DNA of 33,807 bases from Faecousia sp. GTDB taxonomy: Bacteria > Bacillota > Clostridia > Oscillospirales > Oscillospiraceae. This document shows positions 17,316-26,839 of the stretch, in pieces. The DNA lies in assembly GCA_045594185.1 (NCBI GenBank), contig JAZNYB010000273.1, forward strand, positions 1 to 33,807, read 5' to 3'. Below the pieces are notes generated by a model. That model ran no database searches and was not told the DNA's origin. It saw nothing but the letters and a program-made list of their open reading frames with translations. Position 1 is the first letter of the stretch, and each line of letters starts with the position of its first letter. Made by a program: the position numbers and the translations under genes.

Positions 17316-18401
17316 ATGAAACGCGTGATCCTTCTTTTGCTCACCCTCTGTATGCTTCTGTCCGGCTGTGGCATGGAGCTGTCCATTCCCGAAAGCCCTA
17401 CAAGCCCTGTAAGCACCCAAACCGATCCAACCCTCCCCCCTTCCGTCACGGAAGGCGTACCCACGCTTTTGCAGGTGCATTTCATTGATGTGGGACAGGC
17501 GGACTGCGCCCTTTTATATACCGACGGTCACGCCATGCTCATTGACGGCGGCAATGTGGACGATTCCTCTCTGGTGGTGTCCTATTTGCTGGACTTGGGT
17601 ATCGAGGAGCTGGACTGTGTCATCGCAACCCACGCCCACGAGGATCACGCCGGAGCATTGGGTGGAATTTTGGCAGTCTTCCCGGTGGAGACGGTTTATG
17701 TGACCACCACGACTTACGCCTCCAAATGCTACGATGACTTTATGCGCTATGTAGACCAGCAGGGGCTTACCCCCATCATCCCCAAGCCGGGAGATGTGTA
17801 CCACTTGGGCGATTGCGAGATCACCTTCCTTGGCCCTCAGAAATCCTATTCCGATACCAACGACACTTCTCTTGTGTGCCGGGCGGACTTCGGGGAGCGT
17901 TCCTTCCTCTTTACCGGGGACATGGAGCTGAACGCGGAATCCGACCTGCTGGCTGCGGGGGTAAACTTGAAAGCGGATGTTCTCAAGGTAGGACACCACG
18001 GCAGCTCCACCTCCACCGGCTATGCCTTCCTCCGGGCAGTCGCACCCATGTGGGGCGTGATCTCCTGCGGAAAGGACAATGACTACGGTCACCCCCACCG
18101 GGAGATCGTATCCCGGTTACAGGACGCGGAAGTCGCGTATTTCCGCACCGACCTTGCCGGTACAATCCTCGCCGAGACGGACGGCGAAAGTCTGGTTTTC
18201 TCCACGGGAAACAATGTTGCCCCGGAGGGCGGGGATAACGGCATAGAGGAAGAAGATGTCTTCATCGGCAATAAAAACTCCAAAAAATTCCACCTCCCCT
18301 CCTGTAACAGTCTGCCCAGCGAAAGCAATCAGGTGATCTTTGACAGCTACGAGGACGCCATCGCCGCCGGGTATACCCCCTGCGGAGGATGTTTGGGGTA
18401 A
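17316..18401 (+). CDS. Lipoprotein, ComEC/Rec2-like MBL-fold hydrolase with a C-terminal Ada-type Zn-binding domain
   Basis: Start refined to ATG 17316 (RBS AAGGAG). Lipobox LSGC; FIDVGQAD, THAHEDH, FTGD, KVGHHGS and YGHPH motifs; C-terminal GNKNSKKFHLPSC...GYTPCGGC. Confidence 0.9.
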   Translation: MKRVILLLLTLCMLLSGCGMELSIPESPTSPVSTQTDPTLPPSVTEGVPTLLQVHFIDVGQADCALLYTDGHAMLIDGGNVDDSSLVVSYLLDLGIEELDCVIATHAHEDHAGALGGILAVFPVETVYVTTTTYASKCYDDFMRYVDQQGLTPIIPKPGDVYHLGDCEITFLGPQKSYSDTNDTSLVCRADFGERSFLFTGDMELNAESDLLAAGVNLKADVLKVGHHGSSTSTGYAFLRAVAPMWGVISCGKDNDYGHPHREIVSRLQDAEVAYFRTDLAGTILAETDGESLVFSTGNNVAPEGGDNGIEEEDVFIGNKNSKKFHLPSCNSLPSESNQVIFDSYEDAIAAGYTPCGGCLG

Positions 18402-18460
18402 ATTCCCGGCAAATTATTCATCATTCATTATTCACTATTCACTAACTTCAGGAGACACCT

Positions 18461-19351
18461 ATGAAAAAGCTCTTTTTAGTTATGAACCCCTACGCCGGCA
18501 CCCGAAAGGGAAACCGAGCCCTTGCGGAGGTCATCACCCTGTTCAACCGCCATGGCTTTGAGGTCATCGTTCACATGACCACAGGGCCGGGAGACGGCGC
18601 AAAAGAGGTAGAACGCCGGGGCACAGAAATGGATCTCATCGTTGCCATGGGCGGCGACGGCACGCTCAACGAGGTCATTACCGGTTTGCTCCGCTGTAAC
18701 GCCAATGTCCCTCTGGGCTATATCCCCTGCGGAAGCACCAACGACTTTGCCAGCTCTCTGCGCATCCCTACAGATATTCCTGCCGCCGCAAAAGCCATTG
18801 TGGAGGGCACTCCCACCGCCTACGATGTGGGCAGATTTCAGGATCGCAACTTCTCCTATGTGGCTTCCTTCGGCGCGTTCACCAAGGCTTCCTATGCCAC
18901 GCCCCAGAATGTCAAAAACGCGCTGGGGCATCTTGCCTATGTGCTGGCGGGGGCGAAGGAAATCTTCCATCTTCCCAAAGAGCGGGTATCCTTCTCCACA
19001 GATATTGGAGACTTTGAGGGAGAATATATGTACGGCGCGGTGAGCAACTCCACCTCCGTGGGCGGCATCCTCACCTTAGACCCCAAGCTGGTGGATATGC
19101 GGGACGGCAAGTTTGAGCTGATGCTGGTTCGTCCCCCCAAAAACGCCGGAGAGCTCATGGGGCTGCTGCAAACCCTCACCTCCCAAAAATATGACCATCC
19201 CCTGCTCACCTTCCGCACGGTCAGCCGTTTGACGGTGCGGTGCAGCGGAGCTATGCCATGGACACTGGACGGAGAAAAATTCGACGGCGCGGAGGAGATC
19301 ACCATTGAGAATCTCCACAACGCCATAAATCTGGTGATGCCTCATGGGTAA
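18461..19351 (+). CDS. YegS/DAGK family lipid kinase
   Basis: NPYAG, GGDGTLNEV, IPCGSTNDFA and LDGE motifs. Confidence 0.92.
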   Translation: MKKLFLVMNPYAGTRKGNRALAEVITLFNRHGFEVIVHMTTGPGDGAKEVERRGTEMDLIVAMGGDGTLNEVITGLLRCNANVPLGYIPCGSTNDFASSLRIPTDIPAAAKAIVEGTPTAYDVGRFQDRNFSYVASFGAFTKASYATPQNVKNALGHLAYVLAGAKEIFHLPKERVSFSTDIGDFEGEYMYGAVSNSTSVGGILTLDPKLVDMRDGKFELMLVRPPKNAGELMGLLQTLTSQKYDHPLLTFRTVSRLTVRCSGAMPWTLDGEKFDGAEEITIENLHNAINLVMPHG

Positions 19352-19742
19352 GATCATTTGTAAGCGGCTGCGGCGGGGACAGGATCTTTTGCTGGAGATC
19401 AAGGAAATCGCAAAAAAAGAACAGCTCAAAGGGGCAGTGGTGCTGTCCGCTGTGGGCTGTATCAGTGAAGGGCGGCTTCGGGATGCCTCCGGGGTGAATA
19501 TTCGCCAAATCAGGGAGCATTGCGAGATCGTGAGCATGACGGGAACTGTAAGCGAAGCCCGGTGTCATGTGCATATCGCCTTGAGCAAAGAGGATCTAAG
19601 CACCATTGGAGGTCATCTTGTCCCCGGCTGCGTCATCAACACCACCTGCGAGCTGGTGCTTATGGAGACAGGCTTCTCCTACGGCGTGGAGTTCGACCCG
19701 GAAACCGGCTACGACGAGATCATTTTCAAGGAGACACCATGA
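19344..19742 (+). CDS. PPC/DUF296 domain protein
   Basis: RLRRGQDL, EIVSMTGT, HVHIALS and GGHL motifs. Confidence 0.88.
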   Translation: MGKIICKRLRRGQDLLLEIKEIAKKEQLKGAVVLSAVGCISEGRLRDASGVNIRQIREHCEIVSMTGTVSEARCHVHIALSKEDLSTIGGHLVPGCVINTTCELVLMETGFSYGVEFDPETGYDEIIFKETP

Positions 19743-20209
19743 GAAATACCACCCTTTGCTACATCACCCGGGGAAATGATGTTTTGATGCTCCACCGGGT
19801 CAAGAAGAAAAACGATGTGAATCAGGACAAATGGGTAGGCATCGGCGGCGGCTTTGAGGAAAACGAAAGCCCGGAGGAATGTCTGTTCCGGGAGGTTCGG
19901 GAGGAAACCGGGCTGACCGTCACGGACTACCGCTACTGCGGCATCGTCACCTTTGTTTCCGACCGCTGGCCGGGAGAGTATATGCACCTGTTTCAGGTGG
20001 ACGGCACAGAGGGCGAGCTGATCGAGTGCGACGAAGGTAATTTGGAATGGATCAGCCGGGAATTTATGGACAGCCTTCCCCAGTGGGCAGGAGACAGGAT
20101 CTTTTTGGAGCTCATGTGGAAAAAAGTCCCCTTCTTCTCCCTGAAACTGCGATATGAGGGCGAAAGATTGGCAGAAGCGGTGCTGGATGGGAAGGTGTTG
20201 GAGGTCTGA
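19739..20209 (+). CDS. NUDIX hydrolase, MutT/MutX-like 8-oxo-dGTP diphosphatase
   Basis: Start refined to ATG 19739 (ATGA overlap). Nudix box GGGFEENESPEECLFREVREETG; CDEGNLEW motif. Confidence 0.9.
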   Translation: MRNTTLCYITRGNDVLMLHRVKKKNDVNQDKWVGIGGGFEENESPEECLFREVREETGLTVTDYRYCGIVTFVSDRWPGEYMHLFQVDGTEGELIECDEGNLEWISREFMDSLPQWAGDRIFLELMWKKVPFFSLKLRYEGERLAEAVLDGKVLEV

Positions 20210-20253
20210 CACTTCGTGTTTTACGCAACACATTAAAGCCGGAGGTAAAGACG

Positions 20254-20724
20254 ATGATCGTTAAAATAGGTGTCTATGTTCTGGATATAGACGAAAAGCG
20301 CACAAAGGCATACTATGAAGCTCAGAACGGGGAGGACTGCGACTGTGCCGGATGCAGAAATTTCCGAAAGGCCATTTGCCACTTGCATCCATCCATTAAA
20401 TCGTTCTTTGCCATGTTTGACCTTTCCCCCGAACCCCCCACGAACCTTTCTCCCATTCACGCCCCGGACAGAAAAGAGTTGTTTTATAATGCCGTTTATA
20501 GCATCTGTGGCACAATTCTGGAAGGAAAAGAGCCCTATATCCAAGTGGGAGAAAACAAATTTCAGGAAAATCCAGAATATGATATTGTTTTTGACGACCA
20601 CGAGAGTTATGCCACATTTACAGAAGAAAAAGGAACGCTTGACCCAGATTTTCCCCGCCCACTTTTTGATTTGAACCTCTGTTTCACTCTGCCTTGGCTT
20701 TTGGATGAGGAATGTCCTTATTGA
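20254..20724 (+). CDS. Hypothetical protein with a CxCxxCxN motif
   Basis: RBS GGAGGT; CDCAGCRNF and C-terminal LPWLL; AT-richer than the host genes. Confidence 0.7.
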   Translation: MIVKIGVYVLDIDEKRTKAYYEAQNGEDCDCAGCRNFRKAICHLHPSIKSFFAMFDLSPEPPTNLSPIHAPDRKELFYNAVYSICGTILEGKEPYIQVGENKFQENPEYDIVFDDHESYATFTEEKGTLDPDFPRPLFDLNLCFTLPWLLDEECPY

Positions 20725-20777
20725 TATCATATTCTCTTAAATAAGATCACACTCACCATGTCGACGGATATCCTAAC

Positions 20778-20815
20778 AAAAAGGGAGTAAGATTCAAACA
20801 AGAATCTCACTCCCC
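20778..20815 (-). terminator. Intrinsic terminator downstream of the AAA-ATPase stub
   Basis: GGGAGTAAGATTC/GAATCTCACTCCC stem with an A5 run on its left (U-tract on the minus strand). Confidence 0.6.
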
Positions 20816-20842
20816 ATTATCATATTTGTGCAACTATCAACC

Positions 20843-20986
20843 TTATTTCAGCAATTCCGGAATGTAGGGTTTGAGTTCCTGTATCAAATGATACGGATGT
20901 TCCTTATAGGAAGTAACAGCACGCATATCAAGCACTGCATCTTCTCTAAAAGGACCATAGTTTCTAAATTTGAACATAACAAGCAT
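20843..20986 (-). pseudogene. Truncated AAA-family (AAA_15/AAA_21, RloA-like) ATPase N-terminus
   Basis: MLVMFKFRNYGPFREDAVLDM matches the typical N-terminal strand pattern of these ATPases, but the ORF stops after 47 aa, before any Walker A. Confidence 0.65.
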
Positions 20987-21008
20987 ACAGAAACACCCCT
21001 TTAATGTC

Positions 21009-21063
21009 ATTATACACATTTCCACGCCTATTAGTCAATAAGAATTGAGATTTTTTCTCAATT
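21009..21063 (-). promoter_or_regulatory. sigmaA promoter and upstream palindrome of the ATPase stub
   Basis: TTGACT-N18-TATAAT (21038 to 21009); palindrome AATTGAGA-N5-TCTCAATT at 21043-21063. Confidence 0.55.
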
Positions 21064-21233
21064 TATGCCTCGAATTAAAAAATTCAACTTCTTTCATTAC
21101 TTATACATTTCACAAATTATGATGCACTCCCAGAAGATTGTCCCTTACTCACTATAACCGAAGGAGGATATTATTTCTATCCCCAACCAAATCGTTCTAG
21201 AGCCACCGGTCATGTCAGCGGGTATCCTGACGC

Positions 21234-21270
21234 AAAAAACCTACCGAAAGAATGATTCCTTCCGGTAGGT
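21234..21270 (-). terminator. Intrinsic terminator of the PPIase gene
   Basis: ACCTACCG...CGGTAGGT stem with an A-run on its left. Confidence 0.65.
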
Positions 21271-21291
21271 ATCGTTTATATAAGACCCCCT

Positions 21292-22689
21292 CTACTCCGC
21301 AGCCGTCTCGGCGGCAGCTACTCTGGTGAGCATCAGCTTCTCATAATCCACCTCATAGGGATGGTCATCCATGGCCTTTTCCACCATAGCCTGCATCCGG
21401 TCGTTGATCAGATCGCTGAGAACGCACTCGTACCAATATTCGGTTTCGGAAGCGGCAACGAAGTACATCACATGAACGCCGTAGTTGGTTTCCACCAGAT
21501 CCACATCACCGGGCTTCCGGACGGGGTCGAAACACCAGTCGTTAAACGCCTGCACCATATCTCCGGGAGCAACATCCTCATACAGACCGCCGGTTTCCTT
21601 GGAGCCGGGGTCGGTGGTGTTTTCCTTTGCCAGAGCAGCAAAGCTCTCCTCCGTGGCTTCTCCGTTCTTCCACTGCTCCAGAACCTTCTCCGCCTGCGCC
21701 CAGGCATCCTTCATCTGATCCTCCGTGTAGGTTCCGTCCTCGGCGGCGGCAGTAACCGGCTGGAGAAGGATATGCCGCACATCAATGGTAGACGGAACGC
21801 CCTTTTCAACGCCGTTTTCCGCGTAATCGGCGGCATACTGGTCGAAATAATCAGAAACCTCCTGATCCGTGGGGGTCAGTGCCTGCTGCTGTTGGGCGTA
21901 ATACTCATTGCCCAGCATGAGGGTATAAACAAAGTTCTTATAATCCGCAAAGGTCACGCCCGCGCCATAATCCGCTTCCAGCATGGCGGCAACGGATTCG
22001 TAGCCGTAAGCGGTGGCAGTTTCAGCCATATCCGCTTCCATGCCTTCCAGATCGGTCATATCCTCCTGAGAAAGGGTGACACCGGCTTTCTCCGCCTCGG
22101 CAACCATTGCCTGATAGCTGTGCCAGTTGACCAGAGCCTGCTCCACCATGAACTGCTCCCAGCTCATTTCCACATCCGCCAGCAGACAGGACTGCTCGCT
22201 GAGGGGCTTGGTGCTGTCCAGACCGTAAATGGTCGCATAGTAGCCCAGATTGTTCAAAAGGTCATAATAGGTCTGCCAGTACCAAACGGAAAACTCCCGG
22301 TTGGTAAGGGTGACATCTCCAATGGTGATAACGGCGGCATCCAGATCCACGCTTTCCCCTTCGGCGGGGGTGTAAACATTCTTTCCCAGCACGGGATGGG
22401 CTTCCAGCTCCTCGGCGGTGGGGATCCTTGTTCCTTCCGGCGTTTCCTCCGTGGCGTTCAGATCCAGCTCCACCGTGGGGTCAGCGGGAGCTTCCGTGGG
22501 GTCGGGATTTTCTTTGCCGGGCAGGACAATCGCCAAAACAATTGCGACAACGATGGCAACAGCCAGAACCGCCCCACCAATGACCAGAGCCAGCTTTTTG
22601 CCGTTAATGGGCTTTTGGACTTCTTCCCCACAGCCGGGGCAGACGGTGATACCGTCCTCTATGGGTTTTCCGCATTTTTTACAATTCAT
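21292..22689 (-). CDS. Membrane-anchored PrsA/SurA-like parvulin peptidyl-prolyl isomerase with an N-terminal zinc ribbon
   Basis: CKKCG..CPGCG, one TM helix, then VRHIL, FAALAKENTTDPGS..GGLY, MVQAFNDWCF and ETNYGVHV motifs. Confidence 0.9.
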   Translation of the reverse strand: MNCKKCGKPIEDGITVCPGCGEEVQKPINGKKLALVIGGAVLAVAIVVAIVLAIVLPGKENPDPTEAPADPTVELDLNATEETPEGTRIPTAEELEAHPVLGKNVYTPAEGESVDLDAAVITIGDVTLTNREFSVWYWQTYYDLLNNLGYYATIYGLDSTKPLSEQSCLLADVEMSWEQFMVEQALVNWHSYQAMVAEAEKAGVTLSQEDMTDLEGMEADMAETATAYGYESVAAMLEADYGAGVTFADYKNFVYTLMLGNEYYAQQQQALTPTDQEVSDYFDQYAADYAENGVEKGVPSTIDVRHILLQPVTAAAEDGTYTEDQMKDAWAQAEKVLEQWKNGEATEESFAALAKENTTDPGSKETGGLYEDVAPGDMVQAFNDWCFDPVRKPGDVDLVETNYGVHVMYFVAASETEYWYECVLSDLINDRMQAMVEKAMDDHPYEVDYEKLMLTRVAAAETAAE

Positions 22690-22890
22690 TTCTTACCTCA
22701 TTTCCGTCCCGTCAGGGTTTTCTTTGCCGGGACAATACAGAGTTTAGTTTATCATGTCCTGTCCGGGATTGCAAGAAAGAATCCCCTGAAAAATGTAGAA
22801 AAACTGTAAACTTTAACGGCGGGAAAAAAGTGTTGATAAAACGAGGCTGCCGTGCTATTCTCCATAAAAAAGCAGAGAGGAAGAATTGCC

Positions 22891-23130
22891 GTGGATCATA
22901 AAAAATGCGCTCGTATCGCAGGCGCATTGTGTATTGTAAGCCTTATCCTGTGTATCATTGCCTATTTCACAAAAGCTCTTTGGCTCTCCGCGGTTTGTAT
23001 AGGACTTGTCATACTGGCAGAGCTGCTGCAGTTGTTGTTTTACAGATGCCCCGAATGCGGCAGAAGCCTGAAGAGAATGCGGTGCAGGGCTAAGTATTGT
23101 CCCCATTGCGGAGCGTATCTGGGTTGGTAG
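22891..23130 (+). CDS. Small two-TM protein with a C-terminal zinc ribbon
   Basis: GTG start after GAGAGG; two hydrophobic segments; CPECG...CPHCG. Confidence 0.7.
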   Translation: MDHKKCARIAGALCIVSLILCIIAYFTKALWLSAVCIGLVILAELLQLLFYRCPECGRSLKRMRCRAKYCPHCGAYLGW

Positions 23131-23199
23131 CGTCCTATACCTTATAAGACAGACTGGGGATGGGGAAAGAAGTTATTATGCGTAAGCTTACTATTTTTC

Positions 23200-23228
23200 T
23201 TGACATCCTTATTCCATTATGATAATCT
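23200..23228 (+). promoter_or_regulatory. sigmaA promoter
   Basis: TTGACA-N17-TAATCT with extended TG. Confidence 0.55.
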
Positions 23229-23295
23229 AAATTTGTAGCCCAGCAAAGCATTCCAAGATGTATTGAAATCCCACAAACCGAAAGGAGAACTACTT

Positions 23296-24528
23296 ATGGT
23301 AAAACGCGTACTGTCTTTTCTTTTAGTCATTTGCCTCATGGCAGGATTGCTGGTATCCACTCTGCCTGCCGCCCACGCCGCCAGCTCCGGCTCTTGTGGT
23401 GAAAACGCAAAATGGAGCTTCGATGCGGAAAAGGGTCTGCTGACCATTTCCGGCACAGGCGCCATGGCAAACTACAGTTCCTACGAAGAAACTCCTTGGT
23501 ATGCCTTTAGAAACCAGGTCATTACCGTCAAGGTCGAAAAGGGAATTACAGAGGTTGGAATCAATGCTTTTAGCTGGTGTAAAAATCTCCGCACTGCTAC
23601 CTTTGCTGACAGTGTGACCGTTCTGCACAGCAGTGCGTTTCGCACCTGCGCCGCTCTGCGCAGTGTGAGTCTTGGTCATGGCTTGACCACTATTGAATAT
23701 GGCGCGTTCCACGACTGCCCCGAGCTGACCAACCTGGTCATTCCCGCAACCGTTACTTTTATGGAGTGGCCCTTTGAGGCTTGCACCAATTTGAGCAAAA
23801 TCTGGTTTTTGGGCGATGCCCCCCAGAATTCCAAATTCCAGCTCTATTATGGCATCGAAACCTTAGGAACCACCGTCTACTACCCCGCCGGCAACAGCAC
23901 ATGGACACCGGACATTATGAAGCCGAGTCTTATACCGGAAGGACATGACATTTACTGGAAGCCCTACACCCCCCTGCCCTTTACCGATGTGGAGCAGGAC
24001 GACTACTTCTTTGAGCCCGTCCTTTGGGCATACAACGAAACCATCACAGCGGGCACTTCTGACACGAATTTCACCCCCAATGGTGCCTGCACCAGAGCTC
24101 AGGTCGTGACCTTCCTGTGGCGGTCCGCAGGCTGTCCCACGCCTGCCACTACGGAAAATCCCTTTACCGATGTGCCGGAGGGCAAGTTCTATTATGACGC
24201 GGTTCTTTGGGCAGTGGAGCAGGGCATTACCGCCGGAGCAACAGACACCACCTTCAACCCTGACGGCATTTGCAACCGGGCGCAGGTGGTCACCTTCCTC
24301 CATCGTGCCGCGGGAGAGCCTGCCGCCGAATCCAAGGACAATCCCTTTGCGGATGTGGCAGAGGATAAGTATTACTACAACGCGGTTCTCTGGGCTGTGG
24401 AAGAAGGCATCACCTCCGGCATCAGCAGCACCAAATTCAACCCCAACGGCAATTGCACCAGAGGTCAGATCGTCACCTTCCTCTATCGCAACGCCTGCCC
24501 CAGAATCAACGAGCCCTTTGAATGGTAA
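23296..24528 (+). CDS. Secreted BspA-type leucine-rich-repeat protein with three SLH domains
   Basis: Start refined to ATG 23296 (RBS AAAGGAG). Signal peptide, SGSCG..LTISGTGAM cap, xIGxxAFxxCxxL repeats, and three CTRAQVVTFL SLH units. Confidence 0.9.
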   Translation: MVKRVLSFLLVICLMAGLLVSTLPAAHAASSGSCGENAKWSFDAEKGLLTISGTGAMANYSSYEETPWYAFRNQVITVKVEKGITEVGINAFSWCKNLRTATFADSVTVLHSSAFRTCAALRSVSLGHGLTTIEYGAFHDCPELTNLVIPATVTFMEWPFEACTNLSKIWFLGDAPQNSKFQLYYGIETLGTTVYYPAGNSTWTPDIMKPSLIPEGHDIYWKPYTPLPFTDVEQDDYFFEPVLWAYNETITAGTSDTNFTPNGACTRAQVVTFLWRSAGCPTPATTENPFTDVPEGKFYYDAVLWAVEQGITAGATDTTFNPDGICNRAQVVTFLHRAAGEPAAESKDNPFADVAEDKYYYNAVLWAVEEGITSGISSTKFNPNGNCTRGQIVTFLYRNACPRINEPFEW

Positions 24529-24564
24529 AACCTCCGTAAGCAAGAATTGATCTCCACATAACAC

Positions 24565-24607
24565 AACTACCCGAAAAAGGAGTTTTTCCTTCTTCGGGTA
24601 GTTTTTT
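24565..24607. terminator. Terminator between the convergent SLH genes
   Basis: AACTACCCGAA...TTCGGGTAGTT stem followed by a T-run. Confidence 0.7.
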
Positions 24608-26663
24608 ATGTAACAGCACCGTTGTAGTTTGCAAGCAGATCCACAATCGCCCTTATAAAGCGGGTGTTGCAGCTTCGGTTGTAAAAGTCATTGTAACCGG
24701 AAATGCCGGGAAATTCAAACAGACACGCGTCATAGCCCAACTGATATCCCGCCCAAGCGGAGTAGAAGCCGGGTGCGCTGCTAAAGGCAACATGGTCGTT
24801 TTCCGGGAAATACTTGTTGAAAATCTGATAAAGGGTACGGTTCTGCCCACCCATGACCAAGGTGCGCCGCTGCCAGCCGTGAGAATCTATCAGGACATTT
24901 TTCCCGCTTCCCATGACCTTTTCCGTAAACGCCGCCAGAGCCTTGGCTTCCGGGGCTTGCAGAGGGGCAGTGCCGCTGTAATTCCGGGTGCTGGTGTCCT
25001 TGCTCCAGTTGAAGGGGAAGGAGCGGTTTAAGTCCAGACCCTTTTTTTGCAGATTCCCACCGGCATCATAGCTGTATATGGTGCATCGTCCGGAGCCATA
25101 GTTTGTCCATCCATCCGCAAGACCATCGGGATTGGCGCAGGGGATAATGTATACGCTCCAGCCGGCGTTTCGGATCAGCTCGTCATACCGGGTTTCCAGC
25201 TCTTTCCGCAAGGCATTGGCTGTGTCCACCAAAAGCTGTCCATCTTTGTTATAGCAATCCTCAAAGCCATGAATGGCAAAATTCAAAACAAGAACATCTT
25301 CGCCGTCTCCATAGCGGTACGCCACCAGCTCCCGCCCCGCTCCGCTGGTTCCGTAAACGATCCTTTCCATCACGGGAAGGCTGACCAGAGCGGCAGTGCT
25401 TCTCCGGGAGGGAATAACCAGATTGGAGATCAGAGCCGCCAGCTCACTTCGCCGCACAGTGCTGTCCGGCTGAAATGTCCCATATTCATCCGTTCCGTTG
25501 AGGACCCCTGCCTCATAGAGCCCACGCACCTGTTCCCAGTACAGATCCCCTGACCCGTAATCCGGCAGGCTCTCCACCGAGCGCGCCGGGGACAATTCCT
25601 CCGGGGGAAGTGCCTCATACAAAACCGCGGCAAGCTCCTCCCGGGTGGCAGTCCGGCGGGGATCTTCCTCCAAAAGAAGGGGCGGCACGATACCATAATA
25701 TTCCGCCTGAAACCGGAAGTAATCATACCATTTGCCGGGGTAGCTTCCGGAATGATCCTCCAGACCGTAATAGCTTTCATAAATACGCACAGCCACGGCA
25801 AAAAGCTGACCCAATGTAACCGCTCCTTTGGGGCTGTAAAGGTCATGGCTCACGCCGGTGACCAGTCCCAGAGCATAGGCGTTTTGCACAGAGGGATAGA
25901 ACCAGTCCCCTTTCCTTACATCGGAAAAGGGAAGCTCCGGCAAGGGGTCAGGAAGCCGGAACGCCTCCATGCCGGTGGGCTTTTCCGCAGCCCCTTGGGA
26001 TTGAAGCATACGGTATTCCGGGCATACCATGCGGGCTAAAACAGCGGCAAGCTCACTGCGGCGAATGTTTTGATCCGGACGAAAACAGCCGGCACTGTCT
26101 CCCAGCAGGATCCCCGCCCGGTACATGGCAATGACCGCATCCCAATACAGATCCTCCGGGGTGTAATCCGCGATGGTGTCCACAGAATTGATCGGGGCAA
26201 ACAGATCCCCCGGCAACGCTCCGTATAAAATCGCGGCAAGCTCGCAGCGGGTAGCGGCACGGTTCATATTGGCATCCCACAGGTTTTCCGGCAAAATTCC
26301 ATGGATCATGGCTTGCTGAACATAATATGTATACCATGATCCTGCCGGCTTTTCCTCAGGCTCTGTCAAACCGTGATACCGCTCAAAGACCCGGACGGCA
26401 GTGGCGACCCCCTGCGCCAGAGAGACTGTCCCCCCGGGAAGGAAGGTATCTTCTTTTACCCCCTGCATCAGCTCCAGAGCGCAAACCACCTGCACACTTT
26501 CGTAGAACCAGATCCCCGCAGGCACATCCTGAAAGGTAAGCTCCGGCAAGGGTTCCGGCAAGACAAAGGGAGATTGCTCCCATGCCGGCACAGCGATGGG
26601 CAAAATAAATATCACGAGGAAAAAGCATAAAAGTCTTCTGACATGACTGCTTATTTTAGACAC
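24606..26663 (-). CDS. SLH-domain protein (two SLH blocks) with a C-terminal M14 zinc carboxypeptidase
   Basis: Start refined to GTG 26663 (RBS AAGGAG). Duplicated SLH-like blocks; AIHGFE, NPDG, DLNRSFP, DSHG and LFE motifs. Confidence 0.85.
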   Translation of the reverse strand: MSKISSHVRRLLCFFLVIFILPIAVPAWEQSPFVLPEPLPELTFQDVPAGIWFYESVQVVCALELMQGVKEDTFLPGGTVSLAQGVATAVRVFERYHGLTEPEEKPAGSWYTYYVQQAMIHGILPENLWDANMNRAATRCELAAILYGALPGDLFAPINSVDTIADYTPEDLYWDAVIAMYRAGILLGDSAGCFRPDQNIRRSELAAVLARMVCPEYRMLQSQGAAEKPTGMEAFRLPDPLPELPFSDVRKGDWFYPSVQNAYALGLVTGVSHDLYSPKGAVTLGQLFAVAVRIYESYYGLEDHSGSYPGKWYDYFRFQAEYYGIVPPLLLEEDPRRTATREELAAVLYEALPPEELSPARSVESLPDYGSGDLYWEQVRGLYEAGVLNGTDEYGTFQPDSTVRRSELAALISNLVIPSRRSTAALVSLPVMERIVYGTSGAGRELVAYRYGDGEDVLVLNFAIHGFEDCYNKDGQLLVDTANALRKELETRYDELIRNAGWSVYIIPCANPDGLADGWTNYGSGRCTIYSYDAGGNLQKKGLDLNRSFPFNWSKDTSTRNYSGTAPLQAPEAKALAAFTEKVMGSGKNVLIDSHGWQRRTLVMGGQNRTLYQIFNKYFPENDHVAFSSAPGFYSAWAGYQLGYDACLFEFPGISGYNDFYNRSCNTRFIRAIVDLLANYNGAVT

Positions 26664-26761
26664 CGGGCACACTCCTTAGATCAGCAAAATCTTTCTATAG
26701 TATAATCAAAACAAAGGCAATTGTCGAGAGGCATTATGAAAATTCGCGCCATGCCCAGCCA

Positions 26762-26790
26762 TTGCAAACGACCCTCTCCCATGGTATAAT
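26762..26790 (+). promoter_or_regulatory. sigmaA promoter of pth2
   Basis: TTGCAA-N17-TATAAT with extended TG. Confidence 0.7.
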
Positions 26791-26839
26791 CCCATTACAA
26801 AAACCATCCGGGAGTTTCATAGCAAAGGAGAATATTTCC

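Noticed and set aside
17316-18401. Calling the gene comEC
   Set aside because: It lacks the multi-TM competence channel domain and is a lipoprotein with only the MBL domain.
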